DNA of 63,688 nt, taken from positions 1-63,688 of the forward strand of contig DASXTI010000097.1 in NCBI GenBank assembly GCA_036505535.1. The letters are read 5' to 3'. Shown here piece after piece: positions 35,278 through 44,806 of this stretch; position 1 is the stretch's first letter, and each line of letters begins with the position of its first letter. The notes beneath the pieces were generated by a model that was not told where the DNA came from, did not search any database, and saw only the letters and a program-made list of their open reading frames with translations. The translations under genes were made by a program, and so were the position numbers. The stretch is from Thermoanaerobaculia bacterium (GTDB lineage Bacteria; Acidobacteriota; Thermoanaerobaculia; UBA5066; Gp7-AA6).

Positions 35278-35343
35278 TCGCTGATTTGTGATTGGGCTAC
35301 TTATCCACCCTGATCACCAATCACAAATCTCCAATCACCAACC
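35261..35343. repeat. heptamer-array hairpin H12 (GATTTGT / ATCACMA units)
   Basis: Left arm 35261-35296 contains the yigZ-like stop. Right arm 35312-35343 contains the add stop on the other strand. Confidence 0.95.
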
Positions 35344-36340
35344 CCTTCAGTCCCTTCTCCCTCTCCTCCTTCGAGCAGAAGGCGGCGTGCCACGCGTTGC
35401 CCGCGATGCGGCGAAGCTCTTCGTCGCCCACGCCCAGCTTCTCGCGCGCCAGACGGTACTCGCCGCGCGTCGTTGTCGCGAAGAGAATCGGATCGTCGGC
35501 CGAGAGGGTGACCCGAACGCCCGCGTCCAAGAGCTTCTTCAAAGGGTGCGCGGCAACATGCGCGACGGCGCCGGTCTGGAGATTGCCCGTCGGGGCGACG
35601 CACAGAATCGTGTCCTCTTCGGCCAGACGTTCCATCAGACGCGGATCTTGCGCCGCGGCGATGCCGTGATCGAGCCGATCGGGACGCAGGGCATCGAGGA
35701 CCTCGCGGACCGAAGCGGCGTCCGTCCACTCCCCGGCATGTACCGACGTACGCAGCCCCAGCGCCCTCGCCCGCAGATAAACCCCCGCGAACGCGGTCGC
35801 CGGCGCCGCCTTCTCGTCCCCGCCCAGCCCGAAGCCGACGATCGAGGGGAGCGGCATCTGCTCGTAGAGGTCGAGCACGCGTTCGGCGGACTCGGGTCCC
35901 CAATGCCGCACGGCGTCGAGCAGGATCCGGCAAAGAATCCCACGGGTCTCGAGCGACTCGCGGAAGCCGGCGTCGATGGCTTCCAGGCAGGCGGCCCGGT
36001 CGAGGCCCATCCGCGTGAATACCTCGGGCGACACGTAGATCTCGGCATAACGGACCCCGTCGTCGGACAGCGACTCCGCCATGCCGAGCGCCGCCTGCAG
36101 ATAGTCCTCGGGCCGGCGAAAAAGCCGGCAGATCTCGGCGTAGAGAAGCAGAAACGCCTCCGGATCGCGCGCGGAACGCCGCGCCGTTTCAAAGACGGCC
36201 GGATCCGCGAAGGGATGCTTCGCGCGGCCGGCCAGCCGCCCGATCTCGGAGGCCGGAAGGCAGCCCTCGAAGTGAAGGTGACAGTCCGCCAGGAATTGAG
36301 AATGGAGAATGGAGAATGGAGAATCGGGGTCGCCGCTCAT
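35321..36340 (-). CDS. add: adenosine deaminase
   Basis: Metal-binding CHLHFEG, SVHAGE and SADDP motifs. The N-terminal codons SPFSILHSQF are encoded by the H13 left arm. Confidence 0.85.
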   Translation of the reverse strand: MSGDPDSPFSILHSQFLADCHLHFEGCLPASEIGRLAGRAKHPFADPAVFETARRSARDPEAFLLLYAEICRLFRRPEDYLQAALGMAESLSDDGVRYAEIYVSPEVFTRMGLDRAACLEAIDAGFRESLETRGILCRILLDAVRHWGPESAERVLDLYEQMPLPSIVGFGLGGDEKAAPATAFAGVYLRARALGLRTSVHAGEWTDAASVREVLDALRPDRLDHGIAAAQDPRLMERLAEEDTILCVAPTGNLQTGAVAHVAAHPLKKLLDAGVRVTLSADDPILFATTTRGEYRLAREKLGVGDEELRRIAGNAWHAAFCSKEEREKGLKGLVIGDL

Positions 36341-36413
36341 GGTTCACCATTCAGACTTCGCGATTTTTGATTCCCCATTCTCAATTCTCAATTCTCGATT
36401 CACAATTCTCTCC
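36292..36413. repeat. heptamer-array hairpin H13 (GAATGGA / CATTCTC units) enclosing the add start codon
   Basis: Left arm 36292-36329 ggaattgagaatggagaatggagaatggagaatcgggg. Right arm 36373-36413 ccccattctcaattctcaattctcgattcacaattctctcc. The add ATG (36340-36338) lies in the 43-nt loop. Confidence 0.95.
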
Positions 36414-36421
36414 AACTCTAT

Positions 36422-36814
36422 ATGCGCCGGGCCCGCTTGATCGCGTTCTTTCTCGACATGCTCGTCTGCGCGGCCTCGGCAGACCTGGCAGGGCTGATCC
36501 TGACCGCCCTTCTCTGGCGTTTCTTCCCGGCGACGCATGCGGCGATCCCATGGATCTGGGTTGGCCTGGCTCTGGCCGCGGTGCTCGCCTTTCTGCTTCG
36601 CGACGCCCGCGGCGGGCGCGCGCGCCGCTGGCTGGCACTCGAGGTTCGGCGCGGCGACGGCAGGCCGCCCGGGGCCTGGGGCTCGATCCGCCGCAATCTT
36701 CCCCTTCTCGTGCCCGGCTGGAACCTCTATGACGCCTGGCCGATCCTCCGGGACGGCGAAGGTCCCCGACGTGCCGACCTACGGAGCGAAACGCGTATCC
36801 TGTGGGTAGCATGA
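36422..36814 (+). CDS. RDD-family membrane protein
   Basis: 130 aa with two TM segments and an RDD-like pattern (RRARLIAFFLDMLV ... LRDARGG). Confidence 0.6.
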   Translation: MRRARLIAFFLDMLVCAASADLAGLILTALLWRFFPATHAAIPWIWVGLALAAVLAFLLRDARGGRARRWLALEVRRGDGRPPGAWGSIRRNLPLLVPGWNLYDAWPILRDGEGPRRADLRSETRILWVA

Positions 36815-36898
36815 GGGATGAAGCCCGGGCGGGCTTGCGCAAATCCGCACCGCATGAACCTTTTGGCCAGGATTCCGTTGTTAAGATTCGGATGAAGC

Positions 36899-37660
36899 AT
36901 GCGTAAGGTCTTCCTTGCCTTCCTTCTTGCTGCCCTGGCCGTCCCCCTCCGGGGGGGCAGTGATCAGGAGGTCTTCGAGAAGGCGTACTCGATGGAGGGA
37001 ATCTCCAAGATCTCTGTCGAGAACGTTAACGGCCACATCGAGGCCACCGCCTGGGAGAAGCCCTACTTCAAGCTTCGCGCCGTCAAGAAGGCCGAGGGGA
37101 GCCGCGCGGAAGAAACTCTTCGCCTAACGGAGATTCGCGTCAAGAAAGTCGGCGATTCAATCAAGGTCGAGACCGTCAATCCGAAGCGCCGCCGGCTGTT
37201 CGGTTTCCTCGACTTCGGCTGGCCGAACGCCCACGTCGACTACGTCCTGCAGATCCCGGCGAAGACGGAAGTTCGATTCGAGACCTGCAACGGCAAGCTT
37301 GCCGCCCGCGGTTTTTCCGGTTTGCTCTCCGGCGACGCGGTCAACGGCTCGATCGAGCTCTCCGAAATCGAGGGCCCGACGAGCGCGACGACGGTCAACG
37401 GCTCGGTGCGTGTCACGTTCAAGGGGCAGCTCAAGAAGAGCCGAATCGAGACCGTCAACGGCTCGATCGAGGTTGCCTTCGACAAGAGCTCCTCGATCCG
37501 TTACGACCTGGAGACCGTCAACGGCCACATCGAAGGAGACTTCGATCTGCCCGTCGAGGGCAAGTTTGGGCCCAAGGAAGCGCGCGGCAGCTACAACGGT
37601 GGTACCGAGCCGCTCCACTGCGAGACGGTCAACGGCACGATCCGACTGAAGACGAGATAG
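36899..37660 (+). CDS. DUF4097-type beta-strand repeat protein (putative adhesin)
   Basis: Signal peptide. Repeated xxVNGxIE motifs (VENVNGHIEA, ETVNGSIEV, ETVNGHIEG, ETVNGTIRL). Confidence 0.75.
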   Translation: MRKVFLAFLLAALAVPLRGGSDQEVFEKAYSMEGISKISVENVNGHIEATAWEKPYFKLRAVKKAEGSRAEETLRLTEIRVKKVGDSIKVETVNPKRRRLFGFLDFGWPNAHVDYVLQIPAKTEVRFETCNGKLAARGFSGLLSGDAVNGSIELSEIEGPTSATTVNGSVRVTFKGQLKKSRIETVNGSIEVAFDKSSSIRYDLETVNGHIEGDFDLPVEGKFGPKEARGSYNGGTEPLHCETVNGTIRLKTR

Positions 37661-37697
37661 TCGGGAGTCGACAGTCGGGAGTCGACAGTCGACAGTT
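37657..37697. repeat. heptamer array H14 (AGTCGAC/AGTCGGG), self-complementary core
   Basis: atagtcgggagtcgacagtcgggagtcgacagtcgacagtt. GTCGAC is its own complement. The first unit contains the TAG stop of the upstream gene. Confidence 0.9.
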
Positions 37698-37711
37698 ATA
37701 TTCTCGGCGGC

Positions 37712-38056
37712 ATGACCGCCGCGGGCTCTTCCCCGATGCGTCCGTGGTTTCTCGTCCTCGCCTATCTCGCCTTCCTCGGCTTCATCCCCTTGCTCCTGGA
37801 GCCGCACGACCCGGAGGTTCGGTGGCACGCGCGCAATGGACTGTGGCTCTTCGGCACGGTTCTCGCCGCGGGAATGGCGGCGACATTCATCGGGATTGCC
37901 GTTCCCTCGCTGACCTGCCTCTACGTGGTCGCGATGGCGATCGCCTCCCTCGCCTACGTGATGATTGCAGTCCTCGCCATCGTGAAAGCTCTCGAGGGAC
38001 AGCGATTGATCATCCCCGGAATCTCAAGCCATGCCGGCCCCTCGGAACCGGACTGA
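37712..38056 (+). CDS. small membrane protein (DUF4870-like)
   Basis: 114 aa with 3 hydrophobic segments. N-terminal [13 protein letters not shown] pattern. Confidence 0.55.
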   Translation: MTAAGSSPMRPWFLVLAYLAFLGFIPLLLEPHDPEVRWHARNGLWLFGTVLAAGMAATFIGIAVPSLTCLYVVAMAIASLAYVMIAVLAIVKALEGQRLIIPGISSHAGPSEPD

Positions 38057-38117
38057 CCCCCAGGCGGCGCCGGCGAGCCGGAGAGCCTCTCTGGCCGCTC
38101 CCCTCCTGGCGGCGGCA

Positions 38118-38402
38118 ATGGGACTCTTCGTCGGCGACTCGCTCAAGCCGGCGGCCGATCAGGTCGGCGCGCGCCTGGCGATCGGCGCCATCGATCTGTA
38201 TCGGGCGACTCTGTCTCCGGCGCTCGCGCGCAGCGGGATCGTGACGTGCCGATTCCAGCCGACCTGTTCCATCTACGGCCGAGAGGCGATCGCGCGCTAC
38301 GGCAGCCCCCGCGGATTCCTCTTAGCCGCTCGGCGGATCCTGCGCTGTCATCCCTGGGCGCGCGGCGGGTATGACCCGGTGCCAGGAAGTCGTAGTCTGT
38401 AG
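38118..38402 (+). CDS. yidD: membrane protein insertion efficiency factor YidD
   Basis: Motif [11 protein letters not shown]...[19 protein letters not shown]...RRILRCHPW. Start ATG 38118 preferred over 38031. The TAG stop lies inside the first GTAGTCT units of H15. Confidence 0.85.
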   Translation: MGLFVGDSLKPAADQVGARLAIGAIDLYRATLSPALARSGIVTCRFQPTCSIYGREAIARYGSPRGFLLAARRILRCHPWARGGYDPVPGSRSL

Positions 38403-38489
38403 TCTGTAGTCTGTGGTTTGTGGTTTGGGTTTGTGGTTTGTGGTTCCAACTACAGACTACAGACAACAAACTACAAACTCCAAACTCCC
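38389..38489. repeat. heptamer-array hairpin H15 (GTAGTCT x3 + GTGGTTT x5 / ACTACAR units)
   Basis: Left arm 38389-38445. Right arm 38446-38489, with essentially no loop. Lies between convergent yidD and a secreted-protein gene. Confidence 0.95.
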
Positions 38490-39319
38490 TACGGGCTCTG
38501 CCTCTGCCCCACGAACGCAAAGGCATCCTGCGTCCGATTGTCGAGCGTGTAGGCCGCGGCGAGAATCCCGCCGGATCCCACCGACGTTCCTTCCGTGATC
38601 GCGACGGTGATACGGAGACCGTCTTCGAGCGGCGCTCCCACGGTCGTGAGAATCTGGCCGAGACGCATGAGCGACCCCGCAGCGACGCTGAAGAACTGCG
38701 TTCCCCCATAGATCACGGAGGTCGCTGGATCGATGACGCGGACCTCCACGGGAAGCGTGACGCTCGACGTGTTCGTGATGTCGAGATTCGAACGAAAGTT
38801 CGTATCACCGGAGTTCATTCCATAAAGCTGCAGAACATGGGCGCTGTCGCTTGCGTTCGCCTTGGCAGTCATCGACTCCGACTGCGGTACCGCCGGCAGG
38901 AAGAAACCGTAGGTGCCGGTGGGCGTGAAAGTGTAGATGCGTCCCGCACCCATGACCGGACCGGTCGACTGCCACTCCAGCGCGCCGACGACCCCGTCGC
39001 CGGCCGGCACGGTCGAGAGCGTCACGTCGGAGAGAAAGCGGGTCTCGCGCGGTGCGAGCGCGATCGGGCTCGACGAGATGGGCCCCGCGGCCGCCTGGCC
39101 GCTGTCGACCGCCGGATGAAACAGAAGCGTGAGCGTGACCGTCGCGCTGTCGTCCGGATTGAAGAGCCATATGTCTGTCCGGAAGAGCGCGCCCCCCTGG
39201 CCGGCGACGCGCCCGGAGGTGATGAACCAGCCGCTGGTCGTGGCCGGCGAATAGGCGGCGAGAGCGCACACGGCGGAGAGCATCAGCGCAAACGCGAGTA
39301 CGGATAGGCGGCGCTTCAT
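38489..39319 (-). CDS. secreted protein of unknown function (paralogue of 51611..52597)
   Basis: Signal peptide MKRRLSVLAFALMLSAVCALA. Shares motifs with the 51611 gene: G-x-FRTD/S, RIYT..PTG, FRSNL.I.N. Confidence 0.6.
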   Translation of the reverse strand: MKRRLSVLAFALMLSAVCALAAYSPATTSGWFITSGRVAGQGGALFRTDIWLFNPDDSATVTLTLLFHPAVDSGQAAAGPISSSPIALAPRETRFLSDVTLSTVPAGDGVVGALEWQSTGPVMGAGRIYTFTPTGTYGFFLPAVPQSESMTAKANASDSAHVLQLYGMNSGDTNFRSNLDITNTSSVTLPVEVRVIDPATSVIYGGTQFFSVAAGSLMRLGQILTTVGAPLEDGLRITVAITEGTSVGSGGILAAAYTLDNRTQDAFAFVGQRQSP

Positions 39320-39371
39320 GGAAGGACCTCCCTAATGCGTCAGACGCCGGGAGGCGTGAAGTGGTTTACAA

Positions 39372-39439
39372 GGAATTGGCGATTGCCGATTGCCGATTGG
39401 CGATTGGCCCAATCATCAATCTTCAATCTTCAATTTTTT
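39372..39439. repeat. heptamer-array hairpin H16 (GATTGSC / CAATCWT units) just downstream of tRNA-Leu
   Basis: ggaattggcgattgccgattgccgattggcgattggcc pairs with ccaatcatcaatcttcaatcttcaatttttt, with almost no loop. It starts 5 nt from the tRNA 3' end. Confidence 0.9.
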
Positions 39440-39443
39440 CTAT

Positions 39444-39528
<85 letters not shown>

Positions 39529-39540
39529 ATCATGAGAATC

Positions 39541-39963
39541 CTAAGGCTTCGACGGGCTCCTCGTGGAAGGCGCCGCCTCCTTTCCGGTCGCCGGCTGCGC
39601 GGGCGCTGCCGGGGCGGGCTGCGCCGAGGAGGTGCCCGGGGGAGCCGGTTGACCCGGAGGAACGGCTGGAGGCGGAGCCGGGGCGTTCTGCGGCGCCGCC
39701 TTCGCCGGAAGCGTCTTGATGACCGAAGACTTCGGCCGGGCCTCCAGGATGGAGAGAAGGAGTGAAATCAGAACGAATCCCACGAAGGCGCCCGTCGTCA
39801 GCTTATGGAGGAAGGTCGTCGCGCCGCGGGCGCCGAAGGCGGTCTGACTGCCTCCGCCGCCGAAGGCGCCGGCTATGTCCGCGCCCTTGCCCTGCTGGAG
39901 GAGGACTACCAGGATCAGGAAAAAACAGATGATGACGTAGATGACGACCAGGGCGATGTACAC
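39541..39963 (-). CDS. secG: preprotein translocase subunit SecG with long Pro/Ala-rich C-terminal tail
   Basis: VLLQQGKGADIAGAFGGGGSQTAFGARG core. Followed by tRNA-Leu, as in the secG-leuU arrangement of E. coli. Confidence 0.85.
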   Translation of the reverse strand: MYIALVVIYVIICFFLILVVLLQQGKGADIAGAFGGGGSQTAFGARGATTFLHKLTTGAFVGFVLISLLLSILEARPKSSVIKTLPAKAAPQNAPAPPPAVPPGQPAPPGTSSAQPAPAAPAQPATGKEAAPSTRSPSKP

Positions 39964-40011
39964 GGAGCCTCCACGAAAGGGGGGGAAGTTTACGCATCCC
40001 GCCGGGAGGCG

Positions 40012-40725
40012 TCAAGCGCGAGCGATCGATTCGAACGCCGCCACGGAGAGGCTCGCCCCGCCGATCAAGAACCCGTCCATACCACTTTCGTCGAGAAGCG
40101 CCGCCGCGTTCTCGGGCGTGACCGAGCCGCCGTAGAGGATGCGAAGGTTGGGGCGCGCCGACAGGAGCTCGGCCAAGTGCACGCGCGCGGAGGCGGCGTC
40201 CTCGGGTGTTGCCGCCTTGCCCGTTCCGATCGCCCATACCGGCTCATAGGCGACAACGAGAGAGGAGTTCTTGGGATCCTTTTCGAGAGTCTCGACCTGA
40301 CGGACGAGAGTCGCCGAAGTCAAACCCGCCTCGCGCTCGTCATCCGTCTCACCGAGGCAGTAGATCGGCGTCAGCCCGGCCTCCCGGCAGCGCTGTAGCT
40401 TCCGGGAGAGCATCGGGCCGTCCTCGCCGAAGAGGCGCCGGCGCTCGGAGTGGCCGATGATCGCGTAGCGGCATCCCGCCTCCGCGGCCATTCGCGCCGA
40501 GACCTCACCCGTGAAAGCGCCGGACGATTCGGCGGAGACGTTCTGGCAGGCCAGCGACCAGCGTTCTCCCGGATCACGCGCGGCGTCGAGAGCCGTGAAA
40601 GCAGGAGCCAGCACGAGCTCGCGTCCCGGAATTTTCTCGCCGATTCGCGCGCCGAGGTCAGCCGCGTAGGCCCTCGCTTCCGCGCGGGTCTTGTTCATCT
40701 TCCAGTTGGCGACGAAGAGAAGCAT
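40012..40725 (-). CDS. tpiA: triose-phosphate isomerase
   Basis: Motifs ANWKMN, IGHSERR and AYEPVWAIGTG. ATG 40725 preferred over the track TTG 40734. Confidence 0.9.
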   Translation of the reverse strand: MLLFVANWKMNKTRAEARAYAADLGARIGEKIPGRELVLAPAFTALDAARDPGERWSLACQNVSAESSGAFTGEVSARMAAEAGCRYAIIGHSERRRLFGEDGPMLSRKLQRCREAGLTPIYCLGETDDEREAGLTSATLVRQVETLEKDPKNSSLVVAYEPVWAIGTGKAATPEDAASARVHLAELLSARPNLRILYGGSVTPENAAALLDESGMDGFLIGGASLSVAAFESIARA

Positions 40726-40804
40726 GAGTGTCAACAGTCAAGAGTCGACAGTCGAGACTCCGTTTCCCCACTCTTGACTGTTGACTGTCGACTCTCGACT
40801 CTTC
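40726..40804. repeat. heptamer-array hairpin H17 (AGTCRAC family)
   Basis: Left arm 40726-40760 gagtgtcaacagtcaagagtcgacagtcgagactc. Right arm 40771-40804 ctcttgactgttgactgtcgactctcgactcttc. It fills the pgk-tpiA spacer exactly. Confidence 0.9.
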
Positions 40805-41972
40805 ATTCCAGCGCCTCTATCCCCGGCAGTCTTCCCTCGGCCAGAAACTCCAACGAGGCCCCGCCGCCCGTCGACACGTGCGTGAACTTCTCCGCGACGC
40901 CGGCTTCGTGAGCGGCCTGGACGCTTTCTCCTCCGCCGACGACGGTGACCGCCGTCGACGCGGCGACGAGCCTTGCGAGCGACTTGGTTCCCTGGTCGAA
41001 GGGGGGCTTCTCGAAGACGCCCATCGGTCCATTCCAGAAGATCGTTTTCGCCGGCGCCAGCAGGCGCTGGAACTGTTCCAGAGTCTTCGGACCGATGTCG
41101 AGGGCCATGTGATCGTCCGGAATCTTGTTGATGGCCACGGTCTTCGCGTTGGCACCATCTTCGGGCGACTTCGCGACGACGAAATCGGAGGGGAGCGCGA
41201 TCATCTTGCCTGCTCCCTTGCAGAAGTCGAGAATCTCGCGCGCGAGAGGAACCTTGTCCTCTTCGAGAAGCGAGCGCCCCACCGGGAGGCCCAGGGCGCG
41301 CACGAAGTGGTTCGCCATCCCGCCGCCGATGAGCAGCACGTCCGCGCGCCGCGACAGGACGCGCAGGGTGTCGATCTTGCCCGAGATCTTGGCTCCGCCG
41401 AGGACCGCCGCGAAGGGAATCTCCGGATCGAGCAGACGCGACAACTCCTTGACTTCCTTCTCCAGAAGCAATCCCGCCCCCTTCTCCTCGACGAGCTTCG
41501 GCACCCCGACGACCGATGCGTGGGCGCGATGGGCCGCGCCGAAGGCGTCGTCCGCGTAGACCTCGGCGAAGGCCGCGAGCTCCCGGGCGAACCCGGGATC
41601 GTTCGCCTCCTCGCCGGCGTGGAAGCGCAGATTTTCCAGCAGCAGGACCTCGCCCCGATGCAGTGCCTCGGCGGCCCTTGCGGCCTCGGGGCCGACACAA
41701 TCTTCGACGAAGCGCACCGGTTTGCCGAGCCGCTCGGCGAAGCGGACGGCCACCGGCGCCAACGACAGCTCGGGTTTCCTTTTGCCTTTGGGCTTGCCGA
41801 GGTGAGATGCACAGATCACGCGCGCGCCGCGCTCGATCGCCAGGCGCAAGGTCGGAAGCGTTTCGACGATCCGAGTGTCATCGGATACGCTGCCGTTTTC
41901 CAGCGGGACGTTGAAATCGACTCGTAGAAAGAGCTTGCGTCCCTGCAGAGGCAGGTCTCGGATGGATTTCAT
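40803..41972 (-). CDS. pgk: phosphoglycerate kinase
   Basis: Motifs RVDFNVPL, ASHLGKPKG and GGGDS-like GGGESV; 389 aa. Confidence 0.95.
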   Translation of the reverse strand: MKSIRDLPLQGRKLFLRVDFNVPLENGSVSDDTRIVETLPTLRLAIERGARVICASHLGKPKGKRKPELSLAPVAVRFAERLGKPVRFVEDCVGPEAARAAEALHRGEVLLLENLRFHAGEEANDPGFARELAAFAEVYADDAFGAAHRAHASVVGVPKLVEEKGAGLLLEKEVKELSRLLDPEIPFAAVLGGAKISGKIDTLRVLSRRADVLLIGGGMANHFVRALGLPVGRSLLEEDKVPLAREILDFCKGAGKMIALPSDFVVAKSPEDGANAKTVAINKIPDDHMALDIGPKTLEQFQRLLAPAKTIFWNGPMGVFEKPPFDQGTKSLARLVAASTAVTVVGGGESVQAAHEAGVAEKFTHVSTGGGASLEFLAEGRLPGIEALE

Positions 41973-41992
41973 CGGGCCGGTAGAATAGCGCA

Positions 41993-43674
41993 GTGAAAAA
42001 GGTTCTTGCCGCGATCCTTCTGCTTCTATGGACGCCGATTCTCTCCGGGCTCGAATCTCCGCGCGTCTCCCGCGGCACCGGGGGCGCCGTCGCAGCCGCC
42101 GAGGAAAACGCCGCGCGGGAGGGCATCGAAATCCTGAAGAGGGGGGGAAACGCCGGGGACGCGGCCGTGGCCGTCGCCTTCGCTCTCGCGGTGACCTGGC
42201 CCGAGGCGGGAAACATCGGAGGCGGCGGTTTCTGGACTTCGCGCGACGCGCGAGGCAAGGTCCTGACGTTTGATTTTCGCGAGGTCGCTCCGCGTCTCGC
42301 GCGGCGAGACCTGTTCATTCGAAGCGCCGAAGGCGGCGTCCCTCCATCGTCGACAGAGGGGCCCTTCGCCTCGGGCGTCCCCGGGTCGGTCGCGGGCCTG
42401 GCACTGGCCCATCGGCGTACGGGCCGACTTCCCTGGAAAACGGTTCTCGAGCCCGCCGTGCGCCTCGCCCGCGACGGATTCGTAATGACGCAGGCAGTCT
42501 CCGAGTCGATCGCCGGCGAGCGCGGGCGCCTCGGCGCCGACGCCGAGACAGCGCGCCTGTTCCTGCCGGGCGGCGCTCCTCCCGCGCCGGGCACGCTCTT
42601 CCGGCAGCCCGAGCTGGCCCGCACGCTCGAGGCGATCCGCGATCGCGGCGAAGACGGTTTCTACCGCGGGCACGTCGCACGCGCCATCGAAGAGGGACAG
42701 AAACAGAGCGGCGGCTTGATCTCCCGCGGTGACCTCGCGCGCTACGAGGCAAAGATCCGCAAGCCCCTCCGTTTCCGCTTCCAGGGCACCGAGGTGATCA
42801 CGACGCCGGCGCCTTCCTCGGGGCCGGTGCTCGCCGAAATGGCGCTGGTTGCCGAGCTGATCGGCCGGGAGAAACTCCTGGCCTCGGACGCAAGCTCCGC
42901 CCACTGGCTCGCCGAGATCGAGAAGCGCGCGTTTCGGGATCGCAACCGTTTTCTGGGTGATCCCGCGTTCGGCGGCGTGAACCAGAATCTCTTCACCAAT
43001 CCGGCCCGGCTCAAGCTCGTCGCCGCTTCGATCAATCCGAATCACGCCACGCCGACCGGCCGAATCTCGCTGGCGGAGGGAGAAAGGCCGACGACGACCC
43101 ACTTCTCCGTCATGGACGGTAAGGGGATGGCGGTCGCGGTGACGACCACGCTGAACGATTCCTTCGGCAACGCGCGCGCCGCGCCGGGTCTCGGCTTCCT
43201 GTGGAACAACGAGATGGACGACTTCGCCACGCGTCCCGGCGAAATGAACATGTACGGGCTGGTGCAGGGCGAGGTCAACGCGGTCGCGCCGGGCAAACGA
43301 ATGCTCTCCTCGATGTGCCCCTCGATCGCCGTGTCGGGTGGCAGGAACGTTCTCGTCTGGGGGACTCCCGGAGGATCGACGATCCCAACGACGAATCTTC
43401 AGGTGATGCTCCATCGCCTTCTGCGCACCGAGACTCTCGAGTCGGCCGTCGCGGCGCCCCGCTTCCATCAGCAGGATCTGCCCGACGAGATTCAGATCGA
43501 AAGGGACCGGTACGACGACGCCTGGATCGAGGTCCTCAAGAAGATGGGCCATACGCTCACCGAGCGCGGTTCGATCGGACGCGTTCACGCGATCGCCGTC
43601 GAGGCCGACGGGACGTTGACTGCCGTCGCCGACTCGCGCGGCGGCGGCGCCGCCTTCGTCGTCCGCGAATCGAA

Positions 43675-43678
<4 letters not shown>
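41993..43678 (+). CDS. ggt: gamma-glutamyltransferase
   Basis: Signal peptide. Motifs GGGGFW and the autoprocessing TTHFSVMD. Confidence 0.9.
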
Positions 43679-44713
<1,035 letters not shown>

Positions 44714-44736
<23 letters not shown>

Positions 44737-44806
44737 AGATTGATGATTGATCGGTGACAGCGGCGCTCATCCCAATCGGCAATCGCCAATCGGAAATCGA
44801 CAATCC
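44714..44806. repeat. heptamer-array hairpin H18 (GATTGCC/GATTGAW / CAATCGN units)
   Basis: Left arm 44714-44754. Right arm 44771-44806 ends at the base before the tsaD ATG. Positions 44717-44742 are the reverse complement of part of the 35-mer shared by H3 and H6. Confidence 0.9.
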
